DNA from: Squalus acanthias
Taxonomy: Eukaryota
Length of the DNA stretch: 64,000 nucleotides
Reading direction: 5' to 3'
NCBI GenBank assembly: GCA_030390025.1
Contig: CM059432.1
Span: 59,584,001 to 59,648,000, forward strand
In this document: positions 53,411 to 64,000 of the stretch, piece by piece
Position numbering within the stretch: position 1 is the stretch's first letter
Layout: each line of letters begins with the position of its first letter
Made by a program: the position numbers and the translations under genes
Notes under the pieces: generated by a model
The model's input: the letters and a program-made list of their open reading frames with translations, nothing else
Database searches by the model: none
Told to the model about the DNA's origin: nothing

Positions 53411-56076
53411 TACGTCAATGGGCTGAACTTTCTTTACAGATCCAGCGACAATTCAATGCACACTGGGTAACAATAAGATGGTGCTTATTGGCACCGGGCA
53501 GCCTGCCACATCCCCAACCTGGGAGCAAGTGTGCGCCGGGGCCAAAGCAGCATCACAGCTGAATGGCGGGCATGTGGTGAACAAAGCGAATTGAACAAGC
53601 TGAACAAACAAATTGATCAACCTTATTGAATTCTTTGAAGAAGTAACAGAAAGAGTAGATAAGGGTAATGCAGCAGACATAATATATTTGTATTTTCAAA
53701 AGGCCTTCAATAAGATACTGCACAGTAGACTCATGATTAAGGTCAGAACATGTGGAGTCGAGGACAGGTAGCAGAATGGATAGCAAGTTGGCTACAAAAA
53801 ACAGAAAACTGAGTAGTGGTTAAAGGTAGTTACTCAGACTGGCAAAAGGTGGGAAGTGGTGTCCCACAAGAATCGGTGCTGGGACCACTGTTGTTCACAA
53901 TTTACATAAACAATTTGGACTCGTAATTCAGAACTGCAATTTCAAAATTTGTGGACGACACCAAATTGCAGGGTGCAGTTTGTACAGAGGAGGACTGCGA
54001 TAAAATACAGGAAGTCATTAATAAACTTGCAGAATGGGCATGTAATTGGCAAACTAACTTCAATATAGATAAGGGTGAGGTGGTACATTATGGTAGGAAG
54101 AATAAGGAGGCCACATACTCCTTGGAAAATAAGTGTCTAAATGGAGTAGAGGAGCAGAGGGATCTGGGGTACAGATACACAAATCACTAATAGTAGCGAC
54201 GCAGGTTAATAAGCACATAAAATAAAGCAAACAAAGCACTGGGGTTCATTTCTAGAGGGATAGGATTGAAAAGCAGAGAACTTCTGTAGAACCTTTTAGA
54301 CCACACTTGAATACTGTAATATAAAAAGGATAGAGAGGAACTGGAGAAGGTGCAAAAAAGATTTGCAAGGATGATACCAGAACTGAGAGGAAAAATTGAA
54401 CAGGCTGTGGCTCTTTTCTCTACAAAAGACAAGACTGAGGGGTGACCTGATAGAGGTCTTTAAGATTATGAACGGGTTTGATAGGGTAGACGTAGAGAAG
54501 GTGTTTCTACTTGCGAGCAAGACCAGAACTAGGGGACATAAATATAAGATAGTCACTAATAAATCCAATAGGGAATTCAGGAGAAACTTCTTTACCCAGG
54601 GAGTGGTTAGAATGTGGAACTCACAACCACCATGAGTAGTTGAGGCGAACAGCATAGATATATTTAAGGGGAAGCTAGATAAACACGAGGGAGAAAGGAA
54701 TAGAAGGATATGATAATGGGGTTAGATGAAGAAGGGTGGGAGGGGACTTGTGTGGAACATAAACACCAGCATGGACCCATTAGGCCGAATGGCTGGTTTC
54801 TGTGCTGTAAAACTATGTAATGAATTTCTAGAATGTATTTGAAACAGTTTTCTAGAATATGTTTTAGAACCGACAAGGAAACAGGCCATACTGGATTTAG
54901 TGATGAGTAACAAACCAGAATTAGTTAATAATTTGACGGAAAGGGAACATCTTGCAAATAGTGACCATAATATGATGGAATTTGATGTTAGGTTTGAGAG
55001 GGAGAAGGGAGAGTCACAAACCAAGGTTTTAAATTTATGTAAGGCAATCCTTGAAGGGATGAGAAATAAATCAACCACGGTAAACTGAGTTTAATGGCTA
55101 AACCTACAACCAGTGGAAAGTGTTCAAAGAAGTATGTGGTGAAATACAAAACCAATGCATAGCCTTAAAAGGCAAAAGCTCCACTAGTGTAGTTAAGAAA
55201 CTATAGTCAACAAATGAGGTAGGAGATAGTATCAAACTAAAAGAAAAATCTTACACAAATGGAAGGAAAAGTGGAAATCTAGAAGACTGAACGAGCTACA
55301 AAAAGCAACAAAGGAATATGAAAAAAAACTGGCAAGGGATATCAAAGTTATCAAATCTAAAAGCAAAAGCTTTCATAAATATAGTAAGAGAAAGTGAGTG
55401 GTAAAGGGGAAGGTAAGCCTACAAAAGACAGATGCAGGCGAGACTATAATGGATAATAAGGGAATGACAAACTTGTAAGTACTTTGTATCTGTTTTTCAC
55501 AATGGAGGAAGAGAACAAAATGCCACTAGCACAAGGGAACTTAAAAATAAGTCAAGGAGAGGAACTTAGAGGACTTCATACAAGTTTTTTAAAAATGGGA
55601 CTTAAGATAGACAAATTTCCCACACCCAATGGGTTCCATCACAAAAGAAAAAGCTGAAGAAATTATAGATGTATTAGTCATAATTTTCAAAACCTCGCTT
55701 GTAACAGGAATTGTGCCGTTGGATTGTAAAAGTGCAAATGTCACTCCATTATTTAAGAAGCGAGAGGGGGAAACTAGGTAACCACAAACCTGTCAGTTTA
55801 ACATCAATTGTGAGGAAGTTAATGGAATCGATCATCAGAGACACTGACTGAGCGCTTGGACAAGTATGAGCTGATCAAAGAGAGACAGCATAGATTTGTG
55901 CGGGGTAGATCATGTCTGACCAATCTAGTTGAATTTTTTTGTCAGGAAGTTGCTAACATGGTGGTTAGGAGAGTGTGTATATTGACTTCCAGAAAGCATT
56001 TGATAAGGTTCCACACAAGAGATTAACAGCAAAAATGAAAGTGCACTGAAGGTTGGAGACAGAGAGTAGGAATAAA

Positions 56077-56792
56077 GGGCTGGATTTTGTCTTGGGGTCG
56101 GGTTGGGGTCGTGTTACCCGCATTTCGTGTTGCCCCCCCACCCCCGACTCCAGATTAATGTGGATGAATGATGCAATTTTCACTTAATTGGGCAATTGAG
56201 TTCCAGCATGTGGGAACCCATGACCCAATTAGTGGTTTTAGTCTAAAAGTCGCCTCTGATGAGGTCATCATTGCAGGTCAGAGACTGACTGCCTGGCCTT
56301 TGCTGTGAGAGGACCTGGATGCAAAATGAGCAGCATCTGAGAGCGAGAGCGAATTTTTTTTCCAACCAAGTCCTCCCAGGCAGTAGCATCAGCGGCGACT
56401 TTCAGACCTAATACTACTACTACCTTCATCACAATACTACTACTACCTTCATCACATCTCCGTTGTAATAGTGGACCTGCAGCTGATAGTCAGCTATCCA
56501 CTTGTGCTCCCGCCAGGTTTCACTGGCGTGTTTCACATCAGGCGTACTTCACGTCGGAAAAGGGTTAAACTAGCTAAAACTTTTCAAAATGACATTACAG
56601 AGCCAATTTAGGGCTTTTTAAGGGCTTTAATGGCCTCGCCCGCCTCTTGGAGGTGGGACGGAGTCGGGAACCCCGCGACTGATTTTGTCAAAATTGCGTG
56701 GAGGCGGAATGGTGTCGGGACCCCCGAATCTGCAACTTTAACCCCCCACACGCCTCCAAACCCGACTCCATGGGTCATTGAAAATCCAGCCC
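56077..56792. mobile_element. Harbinger-like MITE inserted into a CR1
   Basis: Perfect 12-bp TIR gggctggatttt / aaaatccagccc with subterminal similarity; CR1 sequence continues on both sides; internal 23-bp tandem duplication at 56410-56455. Confidence 0.8.
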
Positions 56793-58519
56793 ATAGGGTT
56801 TGTTCTCTGATTGGCAGGATGTGACAAGTGGTGTTCCCCAGGGATCTGTACTGGAGCCTCTGCTTATATTAATGACTTGGATGAAGGAAGAAAGAGTTGT
56901 AGACGACATGAATTTAGGAGGCACAGTAAGTTGTGTGGATGGGAGCAGGAAGTAACAAAAGAGACATAGACAGGCTAAATGAGCGGGCAAAACTATGGCA
57001 GATGGAGTTCCATGTGGGGAAGTGCGAGTTCATCCACTTTGTATCCAAGAAAGACAAATCGGAATATTTTCTTAATGGTGAAGGACTCGGAGCTGCGGAG
57101 AAGCAAAGGGATCTAGGGATACACAAATCACTAAAAGCTAGTGCACAGGTACAAAAAGACTAATGAAATGTTGGCCTTTCTCGCAAAGGGGATGGAATTC
57201 AAAAGTGATGCTTCAGTTGTATAGAACCTTGGTCAGACCCACATCTGGAGCACTGCATTCAGTTTTGAACACCAAACCTCAGAAAAGATACACTGACCTT
57301 GGAAGGGCTACAACACAGATTCACCAGAATGATACCAGGGCTTAAAGGGTTAAACTATTAGGACAGGTTGCATAAACTTGGCTTGAATACCCTTGAGTTT
57401 AAAAGGCTGGGGGTTGATCTAATCGAAGTATTTAAAATGATTAAGAGATCTGATAGGGTAGATGCAGAGAAACTATATCCTCTGGTGGGGGAATCCAGAA
57501 CAAGGGGACCTAATCTTAAAATTAGAGCTAGGCCATTTAGGAAGGATATCAGGAAGGACTTTTTCACACAAAGGGTAGTGGAAATATTTAACTCAGTCTC
57601 CCAAAAGGCTGTGGATGCTGGGCCAATTGAAATTTTCAAGACCGAGATAGATAGATTTGTGTTAGGTAAGGATATCAAGGGATATGCAGCATAGGCAGGT
57701 AAATGGAGTGGAGGTACAGATCAGCAGAATGGGTTCGAGGGGCTGAATGGCCTACTCCTGTTCTTATGTACAGCTTTTAAATGATTGATAACATTGAAAT
57801 ACTTTCTGAAATGGAAGAGCGATCCTGCTCGAAATAGGATTTTGCCCTTCAGATTTTACTACTATAGGTTGCTGAAAAAACAATTTGAAAAGTTAGCCAA
57901 GGACACGAGTTAAAATGAGATCAGAGCTCAAACAAAGTTTTCAAATCAAAATCAGGGCCCGAGCAGGTTAATCTAATCAAAAGGAGGAGGAAAAAAATGT
58001 AGGCGGATGTCTTATTCTACTAACTGTCTCCAACTGTTGAGCCAAGACAAATACTCGAGTTATACCAACCAGCCTGAATGCCAAAGAATCCACAGTAAAA
58101 ATGCAGGACAAAAGCTGGGAAAGATCCTTTAAATAAACTTTTCCAGCCTTTTTTGTGCAATGGGTCACAAACTTGTTGCTAAGAGGGTAGACAAATGGGT
58201 GTGCTTCTCACAGGCTTCGGCCAATGCTCATGGATCCATGTGACAGTCTCTGCTTAGTACCTCCCTGGGGCAGCCTAGCTGCAAATGGCAATATCAATAC
58301 CAACCCACATTTCTAATTGTCACAGCAGTGTTGGTGTTGAACACTCTTGGTCATTGCACCATCTTGGCACTGAGCTTTAAAAAATGTGAAAGTGATTTTG
58401 GAATTGCTGGTTTAACAAGTCTTAGTCCTACCATATGGCATTCTATTTTCACCTCTCTTAATTTTAAGCACACTAGATCCTCCATACAACAGTCCCCAGA
58501 AAACCATATAAAAGGGGAA

Positions 58520-58973
58520 AGGGACTTGCATTTATAGAACACCTTTCACAACCTCAAGATATCCCAAAGTGCTTTACAGCCACTTAAGTACTTTTGAAGT
58601 GTAGTCACCGTTGTAATGTAAGGAAAGACTGAAGATAATTTGCACACAGCAAGGTCCCACTAACAGCAATGGGATACATGACCAGATAATCTATTTTTAG
58701 TGATGTTGGTTGAGGGCTAAATATTGACCAGGAAACCATGAGAACTCCCTGCTGTTCTTTGAATTGTGCCATGGGATCCTTTACGTCCAACCAAGGGGGT
58801 AGACGGAGCTTTGGTTAACGTCTCATGAAGGATGGCATCTCCATCAATGCAGCACTTAGTCAGTACTGCACTTGAGCGTCAGCCTGGATTATGTGCTCAA
58901 GTCTCTGGAGTGGGACTTAAACCCACAAATCTCTGACAGAAGCGAGTGTGCTAACAATGAGCCAAGGCTGACA
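58520..58973 (-). mobile_element. Deu-type tRNA SINE
   Basis: Collinear with 19155-19608. Confidence 0.85.
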
Positions 58974-60581
58974 CCTCAAATATAAAGCACATTGCAGATA
59001 TGTTAATGATTTTTAAATGGCACCTCGATGAAGAAAGAGTGCATGTTGCATCCAAAGTTGAGTGAAAATTAAATGCATGGAATTAGACATGCTCCCAAAA
59101 CTAACTTAACTGCTATAGTTATCACAAAAAAATAATTGAGGGCTTACAGGAAACACAAGATTTGGATCTTCCAAAACCTATTTATGTTGGTCAAGAACAC
59201 TTCAGGGACCCGGAACAGAATATTAAATCATATTTACCACAACAGATTAAGATTTATTGCAACATATTAAACCCAAGTAAGTTACACCGTTCAGTAACGG
59301 AGCGTTGCCTTATAGTCAGTCAAAGTCACTTAATTTGAATTAAAATTGTGCTAAATAGCCTTCGCTACTACTTTGCTTAATTCAAATTACCGGATCAATT
59401 TTTTCTGGACAAGAATGACTTGGAATTATCAGGAGTGGAATTTATCACATTAAGCAAGTAGATTCTGACTCTGTGGAGAAGTGTAAACCTAGAAGAGTTA
59501 GAATGTACTTTACATTCTGCAGATTAACACAATCAGGCTGTTGTTATTCACCATGTGCACACACACATTGTCCATCTCAACTCATCATCAATATGTCTTT
59601 TGATCAAGGAGTCCTATGAAGAACACAGTTTTGATTGACCTAGCTTCCTGCTGAAAGGGACTGCATGAGGTCAAAAAGTATATTTTTCATTCTTTTTCTG
59701 TAAATTTTCTATCCTAAAAACGTGGTATGTGTTAACATAGACAGTATCAGCAGGCTATTTGACTGCATAGGGCATCACAGCCAAGCACAGACCTGTTCCA
59801 TCATCCTCTACATTTAATATGGACAAGAATATTGACCGCAACATCCATTTTCAAGCTGCCTGAGCAAAATGCATCCTTACAGCCCAGCTGAGGATAGTCA
59901 ACTCAGCACAGACTGGGAATCAATCTGGGAACTTCCTAATCCACATGACTCAAATGCTTACTGCTTTAACCAGCTGAACCATCGGGAATGTGGAAACAAG
60001 TTGTTTTTTTTTTAAATTAGGTATATTAATTCTCCCTGTCTTTGTTGAAAGGAGCAGGAGAATGCTACATGGCTGAAAATTGACCTTTGGGAACATTGTG
60101 GCAAAAAGTAAAAACAGAGCAGCATTTCAGCTCTTGTAGCCAGTGTTGTGCATACCTCTTAACAACAGGATACTTTGTCAATCTCAGATCAAAATTGAGA
60201 AGTCGCACAACACCAGGTTATAGTCCAACAGTTTTATTTGAAATCACAAGCTTTCGGAGTTACTGCTCCTTCGTCGGGTGAAGTAAAGAGATACAGAATC
60301 GCCAAAGCATATATAGATAGAGAACAATGCATGTGTACCTTACAATGGCAGACAACTAAATTTAATCATCCTGACTGTTTATCTGCCGAGGTGTGACAAA
60401 AGGCAATCAGGTCAGCCAGGAACTTACCACATCAAAGACATAGCAAGATACAACTGAGACAATGAGGTGGAGTCACAGGGGGTCTAACGTGTCAAAAGCT
60501 GCAAAACGATAAACTTTAAAATTTTTACTTTTTTACTGGGAATCACATCTGGGAACAAGCCAACGACGACTCGAGTCCGGA

Positions 60582-61343
60582 TCACGTCATGTATCGTGAC
60601 ATAAACCCAAGATCCCGGTTGAGACCGTCCTCATGAGTGCGGAACTTGGCTATCAGTTTCTGCTCGATGATTTTGCGTTGTCGTGTGTTACTAAGGCCAC
60701 CTTGGAGAACGCTTACCCGCAGATCCGAGGCTGAATGTCCTTGACTGCTGAAGTGTTCCCCGACTGGGAGGGAACACTCCTGCCTGGTGATTGTTGCGCG
60801 GTGTCCGTTCATACGTTGTCTCAGTGTCTGCATGGTCTCGCCGATGTACCATGCCGCGGTGCATTCTTTCCTGCAACGTATGAGGTAGACAACGTTGGCC
60901 GAGTCACATGAGTATGTACCATGTACCTGGTGGGTAGTGTCCTCACGTGTGATGATGGTATCTGTGTTGATGATCTGGCATGTCTTGCAGAGGTTGCCGT
61001 GGCAGGGTTGTGTGGTGTCGTGGTCGCTGTTATCCTGAAAGCTGGGTAATTTGCTGCGAACGATGGTACTTCTGAGGTTAGGCGGCTGTTTGAAGGCAAG
61101 TAGTGGAGGCGTGGGGATGGCCTTAGCGAGGTGTTCGTCGTCATCGATGACATGTTGAAGGCTGCGAAGAACATGGTGTAGTTTCTCCGCTCCGGGGAAG
61201 TACTGGACGACGTAGGGTACCCTGTTGGTTGTGTCCCGTGTTTGCCTTCTGAGGAGGTCTATGCGATTTTTCGCTGTGGCCCGTCGGAACTGTCGATCGA
61301 TGAGTCGAGCGTCATATCCCGTTCTTACGAGGGCGTTTTTCAG
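60582..61343 (-). pseudogene. Truncated but uninterrupted Penelope ORF end: RT thumb, Cys-rich linker and GIY-YIG endonuclease
   Basis: Manual translation gives 253 open codons, including PCHGNLCKTC, NVVYLIRC...WYIGET, RMNGH, EHF and GLN. Confidence 0.9.
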
Positions 61344-61669
61344 CGATACATGACGTGATCCGGACTCGAGTCGTCGTTGGCTTGTTCCCAGATGTGATTC
61401 CCAGTAAAAAAGTAAAATTTTTAAAGTTTATCGTTTTACATACAGACTGCAGCTTTTGACACGTTAGACCCCCTGTGACTCCACCTCATTGTCTCAGTTG
61501 TATCTTGCTATGTCTTTGATGTGGTAAGTTCCTGGCTGACCTGATTGCCTTTTGTCACACCTCGGCAGATAAACAGTCAGGATGATTAAATTTAGTTGTC
61601 TGCCATTGTAAGGTACACATGCATTGTTCTCTATCTATATATGCTTTGGCGATTCTGTATCTCTTTACT

Positions 61670-61706
61670 TCACCCGACGAAGGAGCAGTAACTCCGAAAG
61701 CTTGTG
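61670..61706 (+). ncRNA. Hammerhead-like motif in pLTR (variant core CCGACGA); mirror copy at about 60244-60281 on minus
   Basis: tcac-CCGACGA-a-ggag-cagtaa-ctcc-GAAA-gctt-gtga. Confidence 0.55.
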
Positions 61707-63364
61707 ATTTCAAATAAAACTGTTGGACTATAACCTGGTGTTGTGCGACTTCTCAATTTTGTCCACCCCAGTCCAACACCACAATCTCAGATCAGTCATG
61801 GGTATCCCAACCCCATCCTATTCTGAATGGGTTGGCGGTTCTGTTCTGGCTGACAGCAGCACACGGGAAATTACTTTGGAAAACGAAGGCAGGAAATGCT
61901 GGGTTTAGAATCTGGAAGCATTAACAGCAGTAAAGACATCAAAGCATTCAAACTAACAGTGTGGCCAATTGTGAGCGAAGTGTAAAAAACATCCATTTCA
62001 AAAAAAGTGTCCTATTTGCTGAAGGTGTGTCTGACAACACAGAATAGGAGCCAACTTAGACACCCACACATTAAGGAGCCACACCTGTAAGCCTCAAATT
62101 GAAAGTCACGCATCTGAAACTTAACACCTCCAGATGAATTCTGCATCACAAATGGCACAAAATACAGGAAATGGAATTTTATCTCCTCATGAATAAACAC
62201 GAGAATCAGAGCGGAAGTTAAAATGTACAAACTCAAAACCCTCATTCGGTCCTGAGCTTCTTACCCCCTGTAACTTGATGCAACAATAATAAACATTCAA
62301 ATGTTTTTCTAAAAGGCTCGTCTATTTGATTCTTAGTATACCTAGATAAATAACGCCATTTATTGTCTCCGTACTACAAGGTTTTAGAAGACTGAATGAT
62401 AAATAATTTGCTGAAACAGAAATGTACATCAAAAAACATGTATGTTCTGGATCAAAATACACTCTAGAATTAATTAGAAGGTATACAGTACTTGAGGAAA
62501 AAAATAAATGCAAATAAACTTATCTAATCTACCCAAAATCTGTGGTCTAACTTATCCTGGTAAAGCTCACTTAAAACAACTGCACTGTTACCTATATTTT
62601 AAGCATTTTTCCCAAGTTAGGAACCACATTCAATTTAGGCAAGAATTTAACCACAGCATCCATTTTCAAGCCACTTGGGCAAAACATTCTTGTTACAACC
62701 CACAAAATACTGCCTATCAGATTTGAAAATTGTTGTTCTTAAAAATTGATAAATGTACATATTGAGGGGGAGGGGAGAGCTCTCCAAAAATTTTAAAAGC
62801 CCTTTCAAAGTTGATGTCATTGCATACTACAGACCTAAAGCAACTGATACCTTTCACCTACTACAGATGAAACTACCACTTTTGCAAAGGAAAAAAAACA
62901 CACACCAGATCAATAAATATACTTTCAAGTCAAGTCACTCATGTCACCACAAGATCAGTGTAGCCTGCTGAGCACCATAAATGGCTGCTTGTATGTGTGG
63001 CTAAAAGCCTTGTCTGGGAGGAGTCACAAGCAGGAATAGATTCAAGCAGTTATTGGATTACAGGGGAATGGTATGATGAAATGCAGATATCTGGATTTTA
63101 CATGCATGAAGTCATGTAGTAAGTGCAAAGGTACAGGTTGCACAGCATATTTATGTACCAATGTGCTGTGCCAGCACATGTTAAGACACATGCCTACTAG
63201 GAAGCTTGGGGAGAGGGGATAGAGAAGAGAGGCAACCGAGAAGATTAAGGTGGTTAACTATTGTTTCTTACACACACCTTCTAGCATCCCTTTATACACC
63301 AACCTTGGCAGAGACTCTGAATATTTGTTGCCTCACTGTCCATCCTCTTGGCTGACTGTACATA

Positions 63365-63989
63365 ATTGAGAGGTCGCACAACACCAGGTTATAGTCCAAC
63401 AGTTTTATTTGAAATCACAAGCTTTCGGAGCTATCGATCGCCCCTTCCTCAGGTGAAGTAAAGAAATACAGACTCGACAAAGCATATATAGAACAAAGCA
63501 TGTGTACCTTACAATTGCAGACAACTAAATTAAATCATCCTGACTATCTGCCGAGGTGTGATAAAGTTAATCAGGTCAGCCAGGAAGGTACCACATCAAA
63601 GACATAGCAAGATACAACTGAGACAATGAGGTGGAGTCGCAGGAGGTCTAACGTGTCAAAAGCTGCCGTCTGTATGTAAAACGATAAGCTGTAAAATTTT
63701 TACTTTTTTACTGGGAACCACATCTGTGAACAAGCCAACGACGACTCGAGTCCGGATCACGTCATGTATCGTGACATAAACCCAAGATCCCGGTTGAGAC
63801 CGTCTTCATGAGTGCGGAACTTGGCTATCAGTTTCTGCTCAATGATTTTGCGTTGTCGTGTGTTCCTAAGGTTGCCTTGGAGAACGCTTACCCGCAGATC
63901 CGAGGCTGAATGTCCTTGACTGCTGAAGTGTTCCCCGACTGGGAGGTAACAATCCTGCCTGGTGATTGTTGCGCGGTGCTCGTTCATAC
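63365..63989 (-). mobile_element. Second Penelope copy (GIY-YIG C-terminus plus pLTR)
   Basis: ORF 63757-63987 is nearly identical to 60582-60833; pLTR homologous to 60196-60596. Confidence 0.92.
63415..63456 (-). ncRNA. Minimal hammerhead ribozyme motif
   Basis: Minus strand reads tcac-CTGAGGA-a-ggggc-gatcgata-gctcc-GAAA-gctt-gtga. Confidence 0.7.
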
Positions 63990-64000
63990 AGAACAGACTT

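Larger units (their letters stand above)
50776..54818 (+). mobile_element. Inner CR1 (ORF2 plus 3' tail), itself interrupted twice
   Basis: ORFs 52706, 53951 and 54396 are collinear CR1 ORF2 segments. Confidence 0.85.
49770..57770 (+). mobile_element. Near full-length CR1 (ORF1 SGNH-esterase, ORF2, 3' UTR), split by nested insertions at about 50776-54818 and 56077-56792
   Basis: VGDS, VCCFPGA, VVVHVRTND and GLHLN (49770-50200); IMGDFNF near 50715 resumes as NEFLEC...EPTRKQAILDLV at 54819. Confidence 0.85.
60192..61781 (-). mobile_element. Penelope-like element (Neptune type), 5'-truncated, with inverted pLTRs
   Basis: Arms 60190-60596 and 61344-61761 are near-perfect inverted repeats; 13-bp TSD caatctcagatca (60179-60191 / 61782-61794). 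Confidence 0.93.

Noticed and set aside
53420..53612. Fifth MITE starting gggctgaacttt
   Set aside because: No matching right TIR or TSD found; left unclassified.

Overview
Repeat-dense vertebrate intronic DNA, most likely from a cartilaginous fish (inferred from an HE1/V-SINE, Deu-type SINEs and the CR1/L2/Penelope families present). The only host-gene coding sequence I can support is one 131-bp minus-strand exon of GAREM1/FAM59A (18463-18593), so the window appears to be the two introns flanking that exon. Most other recognisable sequence is transposon-derived: nested CR1 LINEs, L2, an RTE, an old L1-like remnant, Neptune-type Penelope elements with hammerhead-ribozyme motifs, tRNA-derived SINEs, Harbinger-like MITEs and a possible solo LTR. 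The most unusual signal is a single-ORF (APE-RT) CR1-group LINE family. Its two near-complete copies (9242-12306 minus, 15483-18138 plus) both begin with a tRNA(Thr)-like A/B-box head, and their sense strands are essentially free of TTTT Pol III terminators. This suggests a protein-coding retrotransposon transcribed by RNA polymerase III. Repeat boundaries were read by eye and are approximate unless a TSD is given.
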